Below are positions 1 to 13,135 of a stretch of DNA of 64,000 nucleotides, piece by piece; the first letter of the stretch is position 1; the number at the start of each line of letters is the position of its first letter. The notes below the pieces were generated by a model. It was not told the DNA's origin, did no database searches, and saw only the letters and a program-made list of their open reading frames with translations. The position numbers and the translations under genes are program-made. The DNA comes from a candidate division FCPU426 bacterium (GTDB taxonomy: Bacteria > Oederibacteriota > Muellerivitia > Muellerivitales > Muellerivitaceae): the NCBI GenBank assembly GCA_963771075.1, contig CAVYSE010000003.1, positions 256,001-320,000 on the forward strand. Reading direction: 5' to 3'.

Positions 1-175
1 AAAAGGCCTAAAAGACAAGCCGCCACCACTGCTGATTTATTAGTCATTGAACGCTCCCCTTTATGAACGGATTCAACTATCTAATACGTTGGGGAGGCGA
101 AGCAAGGTTACATATAAATTTCCGAATTGCTTGTTCTTGGAGGGATTGAATAAATCTTGAACTTATGGCTTGAAA

Positions 176-2434
176 TTATTTCTTTATAATCCAATCGAGG
201 CTTCTTCGTCCTGCGGGATGGTCCTTTGTGGCATCCTCATCCGGACCCAGGCTTGAGATTCGAATCCCCTGTCCCTCAGGATTAATTTGCAGTTCACCCT
301 GATCCGCGAAGGGATCGACATAATCATCAGTGTTATTCTTTGGCAATTGATCCACGCTTGTTGGCCATTGGCCCTTTTTCTCGTGATAGATTCGGGCTTC
401 GACCGAGGCGCGGGTCAGGCGACACCAAGCAATTGCTTCAAACGCTTTCGATTGCATTGAAAAAAGATTTAAAGATTTTTGCCAATAATGAATCATCCAT
501 CTATTTTTTTCAAAATCCGTTTCGTAACTCTCAACGGCTTTCTTTTCTTGCGAATAAGGTAAATCCAATGCTTTTAACTGTTTAAGTTGGTTTTGATAAT
601 AAAATGCATTATCAAGGTCCTTCAATGGTTTATAAACAAAACCCCAATCCTCAGTTTCAGCCCACCGCATTAAACCAAACGACTGAAATTGAACCGAATT
701 ACAAAATTCCGTTTTGATGTTGTTGTCTTTTAATAACGGTAACAATTCACGTTTAATCAATTGAGGATCCATGGTCGCCAATAGGTCGGACGAATGCGAA
801 AGCGCCATGCGATAAATCCCAATATCAATCATTTCACCAATAAAAAACTTTGTTTCTTGGGAAACCTTTCCCAAGAATAAAATTTTTTTTAAACTGCCTA
901 AAGAGGCTTTGGAGTTCCCTTGTCGAGCGAGTAAATAGCTCTTGCAGAGGAACAATCTTCCCAAAGGCAAAAAGCCAGCAACTTTTGGAACTTCGATTTC
1001 ATACGACGGTTTGTGATTGAAATCGATGCCCCAATCGATCTTTTGGTTTTGAAATGCGGTTTCAACTAATTTAATACTGTCTTGGTGTGCCACGAGGAGA
1101 TTTAAGGCTAGTCCCGTATCCACTTGCGTCCATTTGTTATTTTGAAAATCTTCATAGATTCCCGTTAAAGTATCAAATTGGTTATTTGATTTGTAAAAGG
1201 GCTTATCCCAATCCGATTTTGTTTCTTGCCGGTAAATTAAACTTTTTGCCGAAGGAACTTCCTCGGCCTCTCGGAGATGGAAAGCTGCGTTTTCATTATT
1301 TGGAAAATGTACCGCATTCACTGGCATTTCCATGCTATATCCAGAAACTGAAATTTCTTTTTTAACTTTTGCCAAACGCACAGTACCCAAGAAATTGCAT
1401 AGATCCATAGCAATAAAAAATCCCGCAATTAAAGAAAAGAACATAAGAATCAATGCCGCAATTGGATGGGCCACCTCACGTGATATAACCTTTCGCATAA
1501 CAATCGATTCTCTTTTTACTGAAAACCAGAAACTAAGAGAAATGATCAGAACAAGGCCAATCCCAACTATCCATTCTTTAAATAGATAAACTTTAGCCTC
1601 TAAAAATGCAAACAGCATTATCCAAAGGGCGCCCGTCGCCCCCATGAGCCACAAATTTTTAGTCAACTTTTCTTGTGTTATGAAGATAGGCTTTTCCTGA
1701 GCAGGAGACCTCTCACCTTTTAACTTTTGCAAAGTAATAAAAATTTCAGGAAGTTGGCCATTCCAGCCAAAAAGACGGAATCTTTTATCGCCAAAGGCCG
1801 TTACCTTTACGAAAGATAAACGCGAAGCAGGATATAAAAAGTAGAAAAAACCCCATTGGATATCTTGGATTTCCTTCCAAGTAAATCGCGTGGAACAAAA
1901 GAGTGTTTTAAGTTTCAATTCGGTTTTATTAATTTCTAAAGTTCGGAACGGAAAAGACTTGAAGACACACGGCAAAAGCAGTCGCGGCCTCGTTTTCTTC
2001 CATTCTTTAAATATTCTTTCCCTGATTTCCTCAAAATCCGCCACACCCGGTCGTATCACAATTTTCTTTTTTCGAGAAAGATCAGAAATAAAAAGGGTAC
2101 CGGAACCCAAAATCTCCTTCACCTTCGCGACCTCTTCCCACTTCATTAGAAATCGGGTTTGATTTTCTTTGTTTAGCCCCATTCCCTCTGAATTTAAAAC
2201 TGTTTTATAACCTCGGTATTTAATGATGAATAAACAAATAAACAAAAATAGTACATCCATTGTTATCAATAAAAGGATTTGCAACTTATCCTTCATTTCA
2301 TATGTTTGCCAAGTTAACAAACCAGAGAACACCAAGACCAATGGAACGTAAATATAAAGCATGAACTTATCGAGGAAAGGCATATCCAGCGAGTAGGTTT
2401 TTTGATCAGCTACGGGAGCTTTTGGGGTTGGCAT
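176..2434 (-). CDS. Hypothetical multi-pass membrane protein (TM pairs + PH-like segments, C-terminal helical extracytoplasmic domain)
   Basis: Long AT-rich ORF; ATG at 2434 (MPTPK) preferred over TTG 2470; several hydrophobic helices; C-terminal WP..DPF..SLGPD motif reminiscent of GspG-like tails. Confidence 0.7.
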   Translation of the reverse strand: MPTPKAPVADQKTYSLDMPFLDKFMLYIYVPLVLVFSGLLTWQTYEMKDKLQILLLITMDVLFLFICLFIIKYRGYKTVLNSEGMGLNKENQTRFLMKWEEVAKVKEILGSGTLFISDLSRKKKIVIRPGVADFEEIRERIFKEWKKTRPRLLLPCVFKSFPFRTLEINKTELKLKTLFCSTRFTWKEIQDIQWGFFYFLYPASRLSFVKVTAFGDKRFRLFGWNGQLPEIFITLQKLKGERSPAQEKPIFITQEKLTKNLWLMGATGALWIMLFAFLEAKVYLFKEWIVGIGLVLIISLSFWFSVKRESIVMRKVISREVAHPIAALILMFFSLIAGFFIAMDLCNFLGTVRLAKVKKEISVSGYSMEMPVNAVHFPNNENAAFHLREAEEVPSAKSLIYRQETKSDWDKPFYKSNNQFDTLTGIYEDFQNNKWTQVDTGLALNLLVAHQDSIKLVETAFQNQKIDWGIDFNHKPSYEIEVPKVAGFLPLGRLFLCKSYLLARQGNSKASLGSLKKILFLGKVSQETKFFIGEMIDIGIYRMALSHSSDLLATMDPQLIKRELLPLLKDNNIKTEFCNSVQFQSFGLMRWAETEDWGFVYKPLKDLDNAFYYQNQLKQLKALDLPYSQEKKAVESYETDFEKNRWMIHYWQKSLNLFSMQSKAFEAIAWCRLTRASVEARIYHEKKGQWPTSVDQLPKNNTDDYVDPFADQGELQINPEGQGIRISSLGPDEDATKDHPAGRRSLDWIIKK

Positions 2435-2630
2435 TACATCCCTTACAAAAATAAGTTCCGAAAAAAACAATCAATTAGGCACTAGTTTAATGTCTGATAT
2501 TTTTTTTGAATACCGAATCGTTACATACTCGTAATGTATAAAAACATTTTCTTTTACCAATTCTCTTAAATTAACCGAAAATCCAAGTAGAGATTGATTG
2601 AACCCTTATTGAAAAAATCGTTCTATTCGT

Positions 2631-2658
2631 TTGACAAATCCCATTAAAATGTTAATAT
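2631..2658 (+). promoter_or_regulatory. sigma70-type promoter of the GGDEF gene
   Basis: TTGACA-16 nt-TAATAT with extended -10 TG, ~50 nt before ATG 2710. Confidence 0.6.
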
Positions 2659-2709
2659 TTAATCGTTAAACCTTATAGGTTTTCCGATTACCTTCTGCTG
2701 GGGGTTTAT

Positions 2710-3870
2710 ATGGCTAACCGCCAACCTCAAAAGCAGAGTCTTCTGCAAAAGACCCTCCTCGAAAAGAAACTCCTTCATCAAGAAGTGCTCATGTACCAGC
2801 ACTTTTTGGAAGTGATTCGCAACGATAATTCCTTTGAAGATACACTCAAACTAATCATCACATCCGTAACGGAGGGGCTCGGTTATGACCGTGCCGGCAT
2901 ATTTCTCCCCAACTGGGACCGGATGGTGGTGGAACGGGTTTTGGGGATTGACCGTTTTGGCAAGTTTGAGGGAAAGGGTTCGGAATTCCCTCTCACACCC
3001 GGTAAAAGCGGGCATCCTTTTTCAGATCTCATTTTTGGCTTCGATAACGGATATTTCACAAACAATGTACGCCGAAACATTAGCCAGGCCGAATGGGAAA
3101 AAAGCTGGAAAAACAATATCGATCCTGGAGTCCTTTGCAACGCGGTAGTACCGATGACAGTGGAAAATAATAAAACCATCGGCATCCTAGCGGTGGATAC
3201 CCTATTCACCCAACACAAGTTGAAAAAATCCGACTTGATCGCCTTGAAGAATTTCGCGACCCAAGCCGGCCTAGTCATCGAATCATTCCGACTACACGAG
3301 CAGATCAAGGACCTGACCTTTAAAGACGGATTAACCGGAGCCTTCAACCGCAGGTATTTTGATAACTACTTCCCCAGGGAAGTGGACCGTTGCCGCCGTT
3401 ATAAGCGGGCCCTTAGCCTTATTTATGTGGACTTGGACCATTTCAAGCGGATCAACGACTTCTACGGCCACTTGGCCGGGGATGCGATCCTGAAGCATGT
3501 GGCCCACCAACTGGTCCTGGGCCTGCGCAATGTGGACCTGGTGGTAAGAATCGGCGGGGATGAATTCGCAGTGATCCTGCCAGAGGTGGGCCCGGCCGGT
3601 GTCAAAATAGTGGCTCAACGTCTCCACCAATCCATCGTTACCTCCCCTTCCCCAGTGGAAGGGATGCGTCAGGCGGATGAAAAGATAAAGGTCTGTCTTG
3701 GGATATCCACCTATCTTGAAACCATGAAAGACTATCAAGTGGTAATGAAAATGGCTGATGAAAGCCTTTACCGGGCCAAAACCCACGGTCGTAACCGGGT
3801 CGGAGAATTGGTTATGAACGCTTACGGAATGGACCCTTCCGGCCAACCTCAAACCGTTATTCCTCCTTAA
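2710..3870 (+). CDS. GAF-GGDEF diguanylate cyclase
   Basis: GAF (YDRAGIFL...IGILAVD), DGLTGAFNRRYF, DLDHFKRIND, RNVD I-site, GGDEF intact. Confidence 0.92.
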   Translation: MANRQPQKQSLLQKTLLEKKLLHQEVLMYQHFLEVIRNDNSFEDTLKLIITSVTEGLGYDRAGIFLPNWDRMVVERVLGIDRFGKFEGKGSEFPLTPGKSGHPFSDLIFGFDNGYFTNNVRRNISQAEWEKSWKNNIDPGVLCNAVVPMTVENNKTIGILAVDTLFTQHKLKKSDLIALKNFATQAGLVIESFRLHEQIKDLTFKDGLTGAFNRRYFDNYFPREVDRCRRYKRALSLIYVDLDHFKRINDFYGHLAGDAILKHVAHQLVLGLRNVDLVVRIGGDEFAVILPEVGPAGVKIVAQRLHQSIVTSPSPVEGMRQADEKIKVCLGISTYLETMKDYQVVMKMADESLYRAKTHGRNRVGELVMNAYGMDPSGQPQTVIPP

Positions 3871-3993
3871 ATCAGAGGGAGTATGATGGAAACAGTCTCA
3901 TTCTTTGATCTTAAACTCATAATTTTCTTAAAAACCGTGGTAATATTTGCCAAATGCCTTCCTTTAGTGCCTTAAAATTAACAAATTATTGAA

Positions 3994-6900
3994 ATGGACC
4001 ACATGATCAAACGTATTTACTTCATAAGCGCCTTGTTCTTTTCCGGGGTGGTATGTTTTTTCATTTCGGGTTTTAAATCTCCCCCTTCCCAACCCACGAT
4101 GGCTCAAAAAGCCTTGAAATCAAAATCTCATTCAACCACTAACCGGCCAATCCACATGGCCGCGAACTATGGCCAGCTTCCATTGGCTTTTGAGCCCAAC
4201 CAGGGCCAAACCGACGCTAAGGTTCATTTCTTGGCCAGGGGACAAGGCTATTCCCTTTTTATCACGGATGGGGAAGCGGTTCTGGTATTGAAAAAACCCT
4301 CCGGCATACCCACCCCCATTTTCAAGAACAAGGGGGCCAAAAGTTTTGCCATGCAACAGCCAACGGTCAAAAACTCAAACACAACACCGCCGACCGTTCT
4401 ACGCATGAAGCTGGAAGGCGCACAAGCGGCAAAAGCCTTTGAGGGCCAAAACAAACTTCCCGGAATCAGCAACTACTTTATCGGCAAGGATTCATCAAAG
4501 TGGATTCGTAAAATTCCGCAATATTCCAAGGTTCAAACCACCGGCATCTATCCCGGAGTGGATTTGGTCTATTACGGGAACCAAGGAAAATTGGAATACG
4601 ACTTCGTCGTAAACCCCGGGGCCGATCCCCAGTCGATCCATATGAAATTCGAGGGAGCTAAAGGCTCACGAATCAACAATCAAGGAGACTTGGAACTGGA
4701 TACGGCCCAGGGTCTCATTCGTTTCCAAGCGCCGACGATATATCAGGAGACACAGGGATACCGACAATCCGTGGAGGGCCACTACCGTCAGGACGCCACG
4801 GGAGCGATAAGCTTTGAAGTCAAAAAATACGACCATTCCCAACCCCTCATCATCGATCCTGTCCTAGACTATTCCACTTTCCTCGGAGGGACGAATTACG
4901 ATTTTGGAACCGCCATCGCCCTGGATTCAAACGACAACGCCTACATCACAGGGTATACTTATTCTGTTGATTTCCCGGTTTCCCCTGCGCCTTTTCAATC
5001 GACCTATACTTCTCAATACGGAGTTCCTAACGCATTTGTGGCAGAAATCAATTCAACCGGAACGGCCATGCTTTACGCCACCTACCTCGGTGGGACCTAT
5101 TGGGATTCCGGACAGTGCATCGCTGTTGACTCCAGTGGTGACGCTTACGTGGCGGGATACACCTATTCCCCTAATTTTCCCATACAGACTGTAATCCAAC
5201 CCAATTTCGGAGCCGCTGGGTTTTACACTCTTTTCAGCACAACCAACTGTTTTGTGACCGAATTGAATCCAACCGGTTCGGGACTGATTTACTCGACCTT
5301 TTTGGGTGGGTCAGTGGCGGATGGAGCCCAAGGTATTGCCTTGGATTCCGCCGGAAATGCCTATGTGACGGGATATACCCAATCACCTGACTTCTATACG
5401 GCCAATCCGATGCAACCTTCTTTAACCGGATTACAAAATAGCTTCGTTTCAAAGATTGGCCCTTCCGGCGCCGGACTGGTGTATTCCACCTATCTGGGCG
5501 GATCGGTCACTGATCAAGGTAACGCTATTGCCGTTGATCCTTCCGGAAACGCCTATGTAACAGGGTTCACTTACTCACCCGATTTTCCGGTTACGAACGC
5601 CATCCAATCAAACCTTGCAGGGACGGGTGTGTTAACTTTTGAGCAAACCTATAACGTCTTTGTCAGCGAGATTAATGCCGCAGGCTCATCGCTGGTATAC
5701 TCAACTTATTTGGGGGGGTCAAACCAAGATCGTGGCCAAGGCATCGCAGTGGATAGTTTGGGTGATGCCTATATCACAGGCATGACGAATTCCCCCGAAT
5801 TCCCCCTCCTTAACCCCTATCAGGGAAGCCTAAGCAACCCTTATGACAACGCTTTTGCCTGTGAAATCCAACCGGGGGGCGTAAGTTTCGTTTATTCCAC
5901 TTTCCTGGGGGGTAGTGGAACTTCTAACGGGGGATATAACTACGGCGATCTAGGCATGGCCATTGCGATTGATAACCAGGGTTACGCCTACATAGCTGGC
6001 ACCACAGGTTCAAGCAATTTCCCTCAGGTCAACTCTTTGCAAAGCAACACAAGCCCCAATTCCACAGCCTTTGTCACCCAAATCGAACCTGGGGGTGGGA
6101 ATCTCTTATATTCTACTTTTCTGGGCGGAAGCACTTACGATCAGGCCAATGGAATCGCAGTTGATAATAACGGCAACGCATTTATCTCAGGTTTTACCTG
6201 GTCGTCTGATTTCCCTGCCACCGTGACTCCTCCCCAGGGCGCCTTGGCGGGTCCTAATGATGCCTTTATCGCGGAAATTTCCCAGCCCCTTCCTCCAACC
6301 GCTACAACCACCTACACCTCAACGGATTCGCCCACCGTCACCGCCACATACACTTCAACGGAAACACCGACCGTGACTACCTCCTACACACTGACCGAAA
6401 CCCAGACCGAAACCTTTACGGAAACACTAACCGCCACCGCGTCTTCAACTCCCCCCTTCACATACACCCAGACCCCCACCTTTACTTTCACAAACACTTC
6501 CACCTCAACCTTCACGCCTACCCCGACATCGACTGAAACCTATACCTCCACCCCAACTTCCACACCTACCTCAACCGTCACTACCACGCCCACTTCAACC
6601 TCAACGCCTTCTTTCACATCCACCTTTACGGCGACTTCCACAAGAACGGCCACTTTCACCATCACTCCCACGCCCACCCCATCCATCACAAATACTCCCG
6701 TCATCAATACCGTGACTTTCGGCCCACCATACCCGGACCCGGTCACGGGCCCAGGTCCCCTTTATATTCCCATTCAAGCCCCCACCGGCTCCACCTTGGA
6801 AGTGACGGTCTTTACCGTCGCCTTCAGGAAAATTTTCGACCGAACCACAAATTTTCCCGGAAACAATTTCGCCTTCCCTTGGTACCCGAACGATAGTTAC

Positions 6901-6996
6901 GGCCAAATCGTGGCTAACGGCGTCTATTACGTCCGGGTTCAGGTGGAGGGTATCTATCCGGCCACTAAGATTTACAAGGTTCTTATCCTTCGTTAA
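3994..6996 (+). CDS. Secreted SBBP-repeat beta-propeller protein with Thr/Pro-rich linker and C-terminal FlgD-Ig/CTD-like domain
   Basis: Signal-like N-terminus, LPLAFEPNQGQ domain, 7 repeats YSTxLGG...GxxIAVDxxGNAYVxGxTxSxxFP, Thr-rich tract, C-terminal PYPDP...ANGVYYVRV...KVLILR. Confidence 0.88.
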   Translation: MDHMIKRIYFISALFFSGVVCFFISGFKSPPSQPTMAQKALKSKSHSTTNRPIHMAANYGQLPLAFEPNQGQTDAKVHFLARGQGYSLFITDGEAVLVLKKPSGIPTPIFKNKGAKSFAMQQPTVKNSNTTPPTVLRMKLEGAQAAKAFEGQNKLPGISNYFIGKDSSKWIRKIPQYSKVQTTGIYPGVDLVYYGNQGKLEYDFVVNPGADPQSIHMKFEGAKGSRINNQGDLELDTAQGLIRFQAPTIYQETQGYRQSVEGHYRQDATGAISFEVKKYDHSQPLIIDPVLDYSTFLGGTNYDFGTAIALDSNDNAYITGYTYSVDFPVSPAPFQSTYTSQYGVPNAFVAEINSTGTAMLYATYLGGTYWDSGQCIAVDSSGDAYVAGYTYSPNFPIQTVIQPNFGAAGFYTLFSTTNCFVTELNPTGSGLIYSTFLGGSVADGAQGIALDSAGNAYVTGYTQSPDFYTANPMQPSLTGLQNSFVSKIGPSGAGLVYSTYLGGSVTDQGNAIAVDPSGNAYVTGFTYSPDFPVTNAIQSNLAGTGVLTFEQTYNVFVSEINAAGSSLVYSTYLGGSNQDRGQGIAVDSLGDAYITGMTNSPEFPLLNPYQGSLSNPYDNAFACEIQPGGVSFVYSTFLGGSGTSNGGYNYGDLGMAIAIDNQGYAYIAGTTGSSNFPQVNSLQSNTSPNSTAFVTQIEPGGGNLLYSTFLGGSTYDQANGIAVDNNGNAFISGFTWSSDFPATVTPPQGALAGPNDAFIAEISQPLPPTATTTYTSTDSPTVTATYTSTETPTVTTSYTLTETQTETFTETLTATASSTPPFTYTQTPTFTFTNTSTSTFTPTPTSTETYTSTPTSTPTSTVTTTPTSTSTPSFTSTFTATSTRTATFTITPTPTPSITNTPVINTVTFGPPYPDPVTGPGPLYIPIQAPTGSTLEVTVFTVAFRKIFDRTTNFPGNNFAFPWYPNDSYGQIVANGVYYVRVQVEGIYPATKIYKVLILR

Positions 6997-7010
6997 CCTT
7001 ACTTTCGGGT

Positions 7011-7047
7011 AAAAAAAAGGACCCCATCCAGGATGGGGTCCTTTTTT
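7011..7047. terminator. Bidirectional intrinsic terminator
   Basis: AAAAAAGGACCCCATCC-A-GGATGGGGTCCTTTTTT perfect inverted repeat between convergent genes. Confidence 0.9.
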
Positions 7048-7056
7048 ATGCTCGTC

Positions 7057-7686
7057 TTACTTTAAAAGGGTGGGGGTCGGTCCAGCCGCTGGGGTCGTTT
7101 CTGATAGCGCGGAGGCTGTTTTCTCGATTGGCTGGGCGGCTGCCTTTTTCTTCGCCCCTCCCACCAGGATAACCTTTTCCATCTTATCCCCGATTTGGAT
7201 CTGCTGGACCAAGTCCATCCCCTTCACGACCTGGCCAAACACGGCGTATTTACCGTCCAAGGCAGGCTGGTCCGCCAGGCAGATATAGAACTGACTCCCC
7301 GCGGAGTCGGGAACATTGGTACGGGCCATAGCGACCGCTCCCGTCACGTGTTTTTGGGTGTTGTTCACGCCATTCTCGGAAAACTCGCCCTTGATCGTAT
7401 AGCCGGGACCGCCGCTGCCATCGCCGTTCGGATCCCCGCCCTGCGCCACAAAACCCGGTACCACTCGGTGAAAGGTAAGACCGTTATAGAAACCCTTTTT
7501 CACCAGCTTGATGAAATTGGCCACGCTGAGAGGTGCGTCCTGGGGATAAAACTTGATCACAATTTCCCCGCCCTTGGCCAGTTTGATGATGGCCCGTTGG
7601 TCCGCCGAACCGTCACCTTTCGCCATTAGACCGGAGGCGGTCAGGCAAAATCCAAGCAATGCCGCTAGCATCAGTACTCGTTTCAT
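7057..7686 (-). CDS. Cyclophilin-type peptidyl-prolyl isomerase, exported
   Basis: FYNGLTFHRVVPGFVAQGGDP, AMAR, SAGSQFYI, LDGKYAVFGQV; signal peptide. Confidence 0.95.
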   Translation of the reverse strand: MKRVLMLAALLGFCLTASGLMAKGDGSADQRAIIKLAKGGEIVIKFYPQDAPLSVANFIKLVKKGFYNGLTFHRVVPGFVAQGGDPNGDGSGGPGYTIKGEFSENGVNNTQKHVTGAVAMARTNVPDSAGSQFYICLADQPALDGKYAVFGQVVKGMDLVQQIQIGDKMEKVILVGGAKKKAAAQPIEKTASALSETTPAAGPTPTLLK

Positions 7687-7784
7687 TGATTGACTCCAGA
7701 AAAATTGATAAAAGCTTTATCGCCCCAAAGGGCCCCCACAAGATAAAACAAAGGTGGGTATTCGGGAAGGGTTTAAAATCACAC

Positions 7785-8291
7785 TCACGCCTTGGTTTTT
7801 ATGACTTGGCTCCGGTTATCGGTAAGCACCACCGACGTTTCTACCTGCCGTTCTGGAATGGTCCAATACTTTTTTAGCAAGCGCCTTTTTTCATCAGTGG
7901 CGACCTGTCTAAAACCGTGTTTTTCGTAGAATTGGATGGCCCATAAAGCAGCCGCCCAAGTACCGACTAAGATTGGGCGTGAGTCGTTGTTCATAAAGTG
8001 ATGGATGAGCTTCCCGCCAATCCCCCTGCCCCTATGATTGGTCAAGACATAAGCATGCCGGATTAGGGTTACATCCAACACGTCTTGGATACCCATTACT
8101 CCCAGGATTGTCTCCTTTTCCTCATAAACCGAGAAACGGACCCCCTCCTCAATTTCATTTTTTAAGTATTGTTCCGACATGTAGGGGTTGTGCCAGCGGT
8201 CTTCTGGGATGACGCCTTTATAGGCCTGGGCGGATTCATTGATAAGAGCAAGTATTTTTTGGAAATCTTCAGGAGAATAGGAGCGAATCAT
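7785..8291 (-). CDS. GNAT family N-acetyltransferase
   Basis: HAYV...RGRGIGGKL acetyl-CoA motif, AIQFYEKHGF. Confidence 0.9.
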   Translation of the reverse strand: MIRSYSPEDFQKILALINESAQAYKGVIPEDRWHNPYMSEQYLKNEIEEGVRFSVYEEKETILGVMGIQDVLDVTLIRHAYVLTNHRGRGIGGKLIHHFMNNDSRPILVGTWAAALWAIQFYEKHGFRQVATDEKRRLLKKYWTIPERQVETSVVLTDNRSQVIKTKA

Positions 8292-8308
8292 GAAGAATCC
8301 TTTCGATT

Positions 8309-8341
8309 AAAAAAAAAGCCGGGCCTTTCGGAGCCCGGCTT
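8309..8341 (-). terminator. Intrinsic terminator after rpoD
   Basis: Minus strand AAGCCGGGC-loop-GCCCGGC followed by T9. Confidence 0.85.
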
Positions 8342-8386
8342 ATGAACAAATTTTAAAAAGCATGGATGCCCAAGCTTCTCTTATCC

Positions 8387-10135
8387 TTACCGCTCCAAAT
8401 AACCCTGCAATTCGCGGCTACGCGACGGATGACGGAGCTTACGCAAGGCCTTCGCCTCGATCTGTCGCACCCTTTCGCGGGTCACCTTGTAAACGGCCCC
8501 CACCTGCTCCAGCGTCTGGGGGCTTCCGTTGGTCAGGCCGAACCGCATGCGTAGTATCTCCGCTTCCCTTTCCTTGAGCGTTCCCAACACCTTGGTGATG
8601 CGCTCCTGGAGAAGCACGAACCCCGCAGAGTCGGCGGGGGAAGCCACGGTCTTATCCTCGATGAAATCGCCCAAGTGAACGTCTTTTTCCGCGCCCACGG
8701 GCGTTTCCAGAGATACGGGAGATTGGGCGATCTTTAATACGGACCGCATCTTTTCCACCGGCATTTCCAACCGCTGGGCGACCTCGTCCACCTGCGGTTC
8801 CCGCCCCAACTCCTGGGTCAGGTCGCGCGAGGCACGCGTTGATTTATTAATAATCTCGTTCATATGCACCGGCAGCCGCACCGTGCGGCCCTGGTCGGCG
8901 ATGGCCCGGGTGATTGCCTGGCGGATCCACCAAGTGGCGTAGGTAGAGAACTTATATCCCCGGCGGTAGTCGAATTTCTCGACCGCCTTCATCAGGCCGA
9001 TGTTTCCCTCCTGGATGAGATCCAGAAAGAGCATACCGCGGTTGGAATATTTCTTCGCGATGGAGACCACCAATCGCAGGTTGGCTTCCACCATTTCCAT
9101 ACCTGAGGTATAGGCTTCGCGCTCCCCGACACGGATATTCTTCATCATGGCCCGAATGGAGACGCGGTCCATCATGGCGTCCTTCTCGATTTCCACGATG
9201 GTCTTGCGGGCCTTATCCCAGGCAAGGGCTGCCACCAGGAGATCCTCGCCCCTCAGGGGGCTTTTTTTCTCGAACACCTTCAATTTGGACGGGGAAGACC
9301 CTAAATGAGAGGGAAGCTTGGCCAAAATTTCCGGGGAAAGCCCCATCCTCTTTTCCTGGACATGCATGGCGTGTTCCTGCTCTTCCAGGTTTTCGCCGAT
9401 TTCCTTCAAGCGGTTATTGAGTCTTTCCCGAACTTTCTTTTGAAAACCGCAATCCTTCACCACCCAGATCAGATCGAGCAATAAAGCGTCCAGCTTGAGG
9501 GCCAGCGCCTTTTTCTTTTCATCCTTGATGGATTTCAACGCCATTTGCTTGCGCAACGCGTAGATGCGGCGTTCCAACGCCCTGAGCTTGACGAAACCCT
9601 TACGAATTTTGGCGAGGATTTTCGCTTCGGGAATGCCATCCGGTAGGTCGACATAGGGCCCCAGATCGATCGCGTCTTTTAAGAGGATCTTTTTTTTCAG
9701 AATGGAGTCGTACAATTCGTGAAGGTCCTTGAGGCCGCGGGGCGAGCCAAGGGCCGCCTTACCCACCATAAACTCTCCGGCTTCCATGCGCTTGGAGATG
9801 GCGATTTCCTCCGCCCGGGTCAGGAGTGAAACCCGGCCCATTTGATGGAGGTACATTTTGACCGGATCGCCCATTCGGCTTTCCGCGCCCGATCCAACGA
9901 AGGACAGGTCGGGTTTTTCCTCTTCCTCAGGTTCGGGCTCGGCTGTTTCCGCGGCAGGGGCGGCTTCGGAGGCGGATTCTTTCTCCTCCTCCTCCCCGTC
10001 TTCCCCTCCCGTGAGCGGGATATCCTTTTCCCCGAGCGTGAGAAGAAGATCATCCACGTCTTCCGGCGTGACGATCTCACTCTGAGGAAAGTCTTGTTCT
10101 TTTGGGTGTCCAGCTCCCTTTTTTGTACGTGGCAT
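8387..10135 (-). CDS. rpoD: RNA polymerase sigma-70 factor, RpoD type
   Basis: DPVKMYL (1.2), [67 protein letters not shown]. Confidence 0.93.
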   Translation of the reverse strand: MPRTKKGAGHPKEQDFPQSEIVTPEDVDDLLLTLGEKDIPLTGGEDGEEEEKESASEAAPAAETAEPEPEEEEKPDLSFVGSGAESRMGDPVKMYLHQMGRVSLLTRAEEIAISKRMEAGEFMVGKAALGSPRGLKDLHELYDSILKKKILLKDAIDLGPYVDLPDGIPEAKILAKIRKGFVKLRALERRIYALRKQMALKSIKDEKKKALALKLDALLLDLIWVVKDCGFQKKVRERLNNRLKEIGENLEEQEHAMHVQEKRMGLSPEILAKLPSHLGSSPSKLKVFEKKSPLRGEDLLVAALAWDKARKTIVEIEKDAMMDRVSIRAMMKNIRVGEREAYTSGMEMVEANLRLVVSIAKKYSNRGMLFLDLIQEGNIGLMKAVEKFDYRRGYKFSTYATWWIRQAITRAIADQGRTVRLPVHMNEIINKSTRASRDLTQELGREPQVDEVAQRLEMPVEKMRSVLKIAQSPVSLETPVGAEKDVHLGDFIEDKTVASPADSAGFVLLQERITKVLGTLKEREAEILRMRFGLTNGSPQTLEQVGAVYKVTRERVRQIEAKALRKLRHPSRSRELQGYLER

Positions 10136-10199
10136 AGGCTTTGTTCTACCCCTTAAGATCGATTTTTCACTTCGGCCGCCCTCGCCTGGAGGGCGGGAA

Positions 10200-10233
10200 T
10201 AAAAAAGCCCCGATGGCTGAGACCAAGGGGGCT
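10200..10233 (-). terminator. Intrinsic terminator 65 nt upstream of rpoD
   Basis: Minus strand AGCCCC..TGGT-CTCA-GCCA..GGGGCT then T-run. Confidence 0.7.
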
Positions 10234-10539
10234 ACCCTATTTAAAAACGTTTCTTACATCGATTCGATCATCATTCCCCCATCCGGCAGGGTTTATAACC
10301 CATCTGCCGAATTTTAACCCCGGCCCCTATCCTGCGTTTCCCGCATTAACTTCAAGTAGTCGGCTTGGGGCGCGTAGACAAATTGCGGTTTTATGATTCA
10401 TGCCTAATGTTCATTACCAAAAACCGTCTATTGAATATAGGGCTTTCCCGGAAAAAGTGGGAAGAAATCTAGGTTTATTTCAAGCTTTTTCTGGGCTTAA
10501 AAGGTCCCTTTTTTAAAGAAAATTTGAATTTTTATATTT

Positions 10540-13135
<2,596 letters not shown>

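Noticed and set aside
6286..6705. DNA tandem repeat or VNTR in the SBBP gene
   Set aside because: Repetition is at the amino-acid level with diverse codons.
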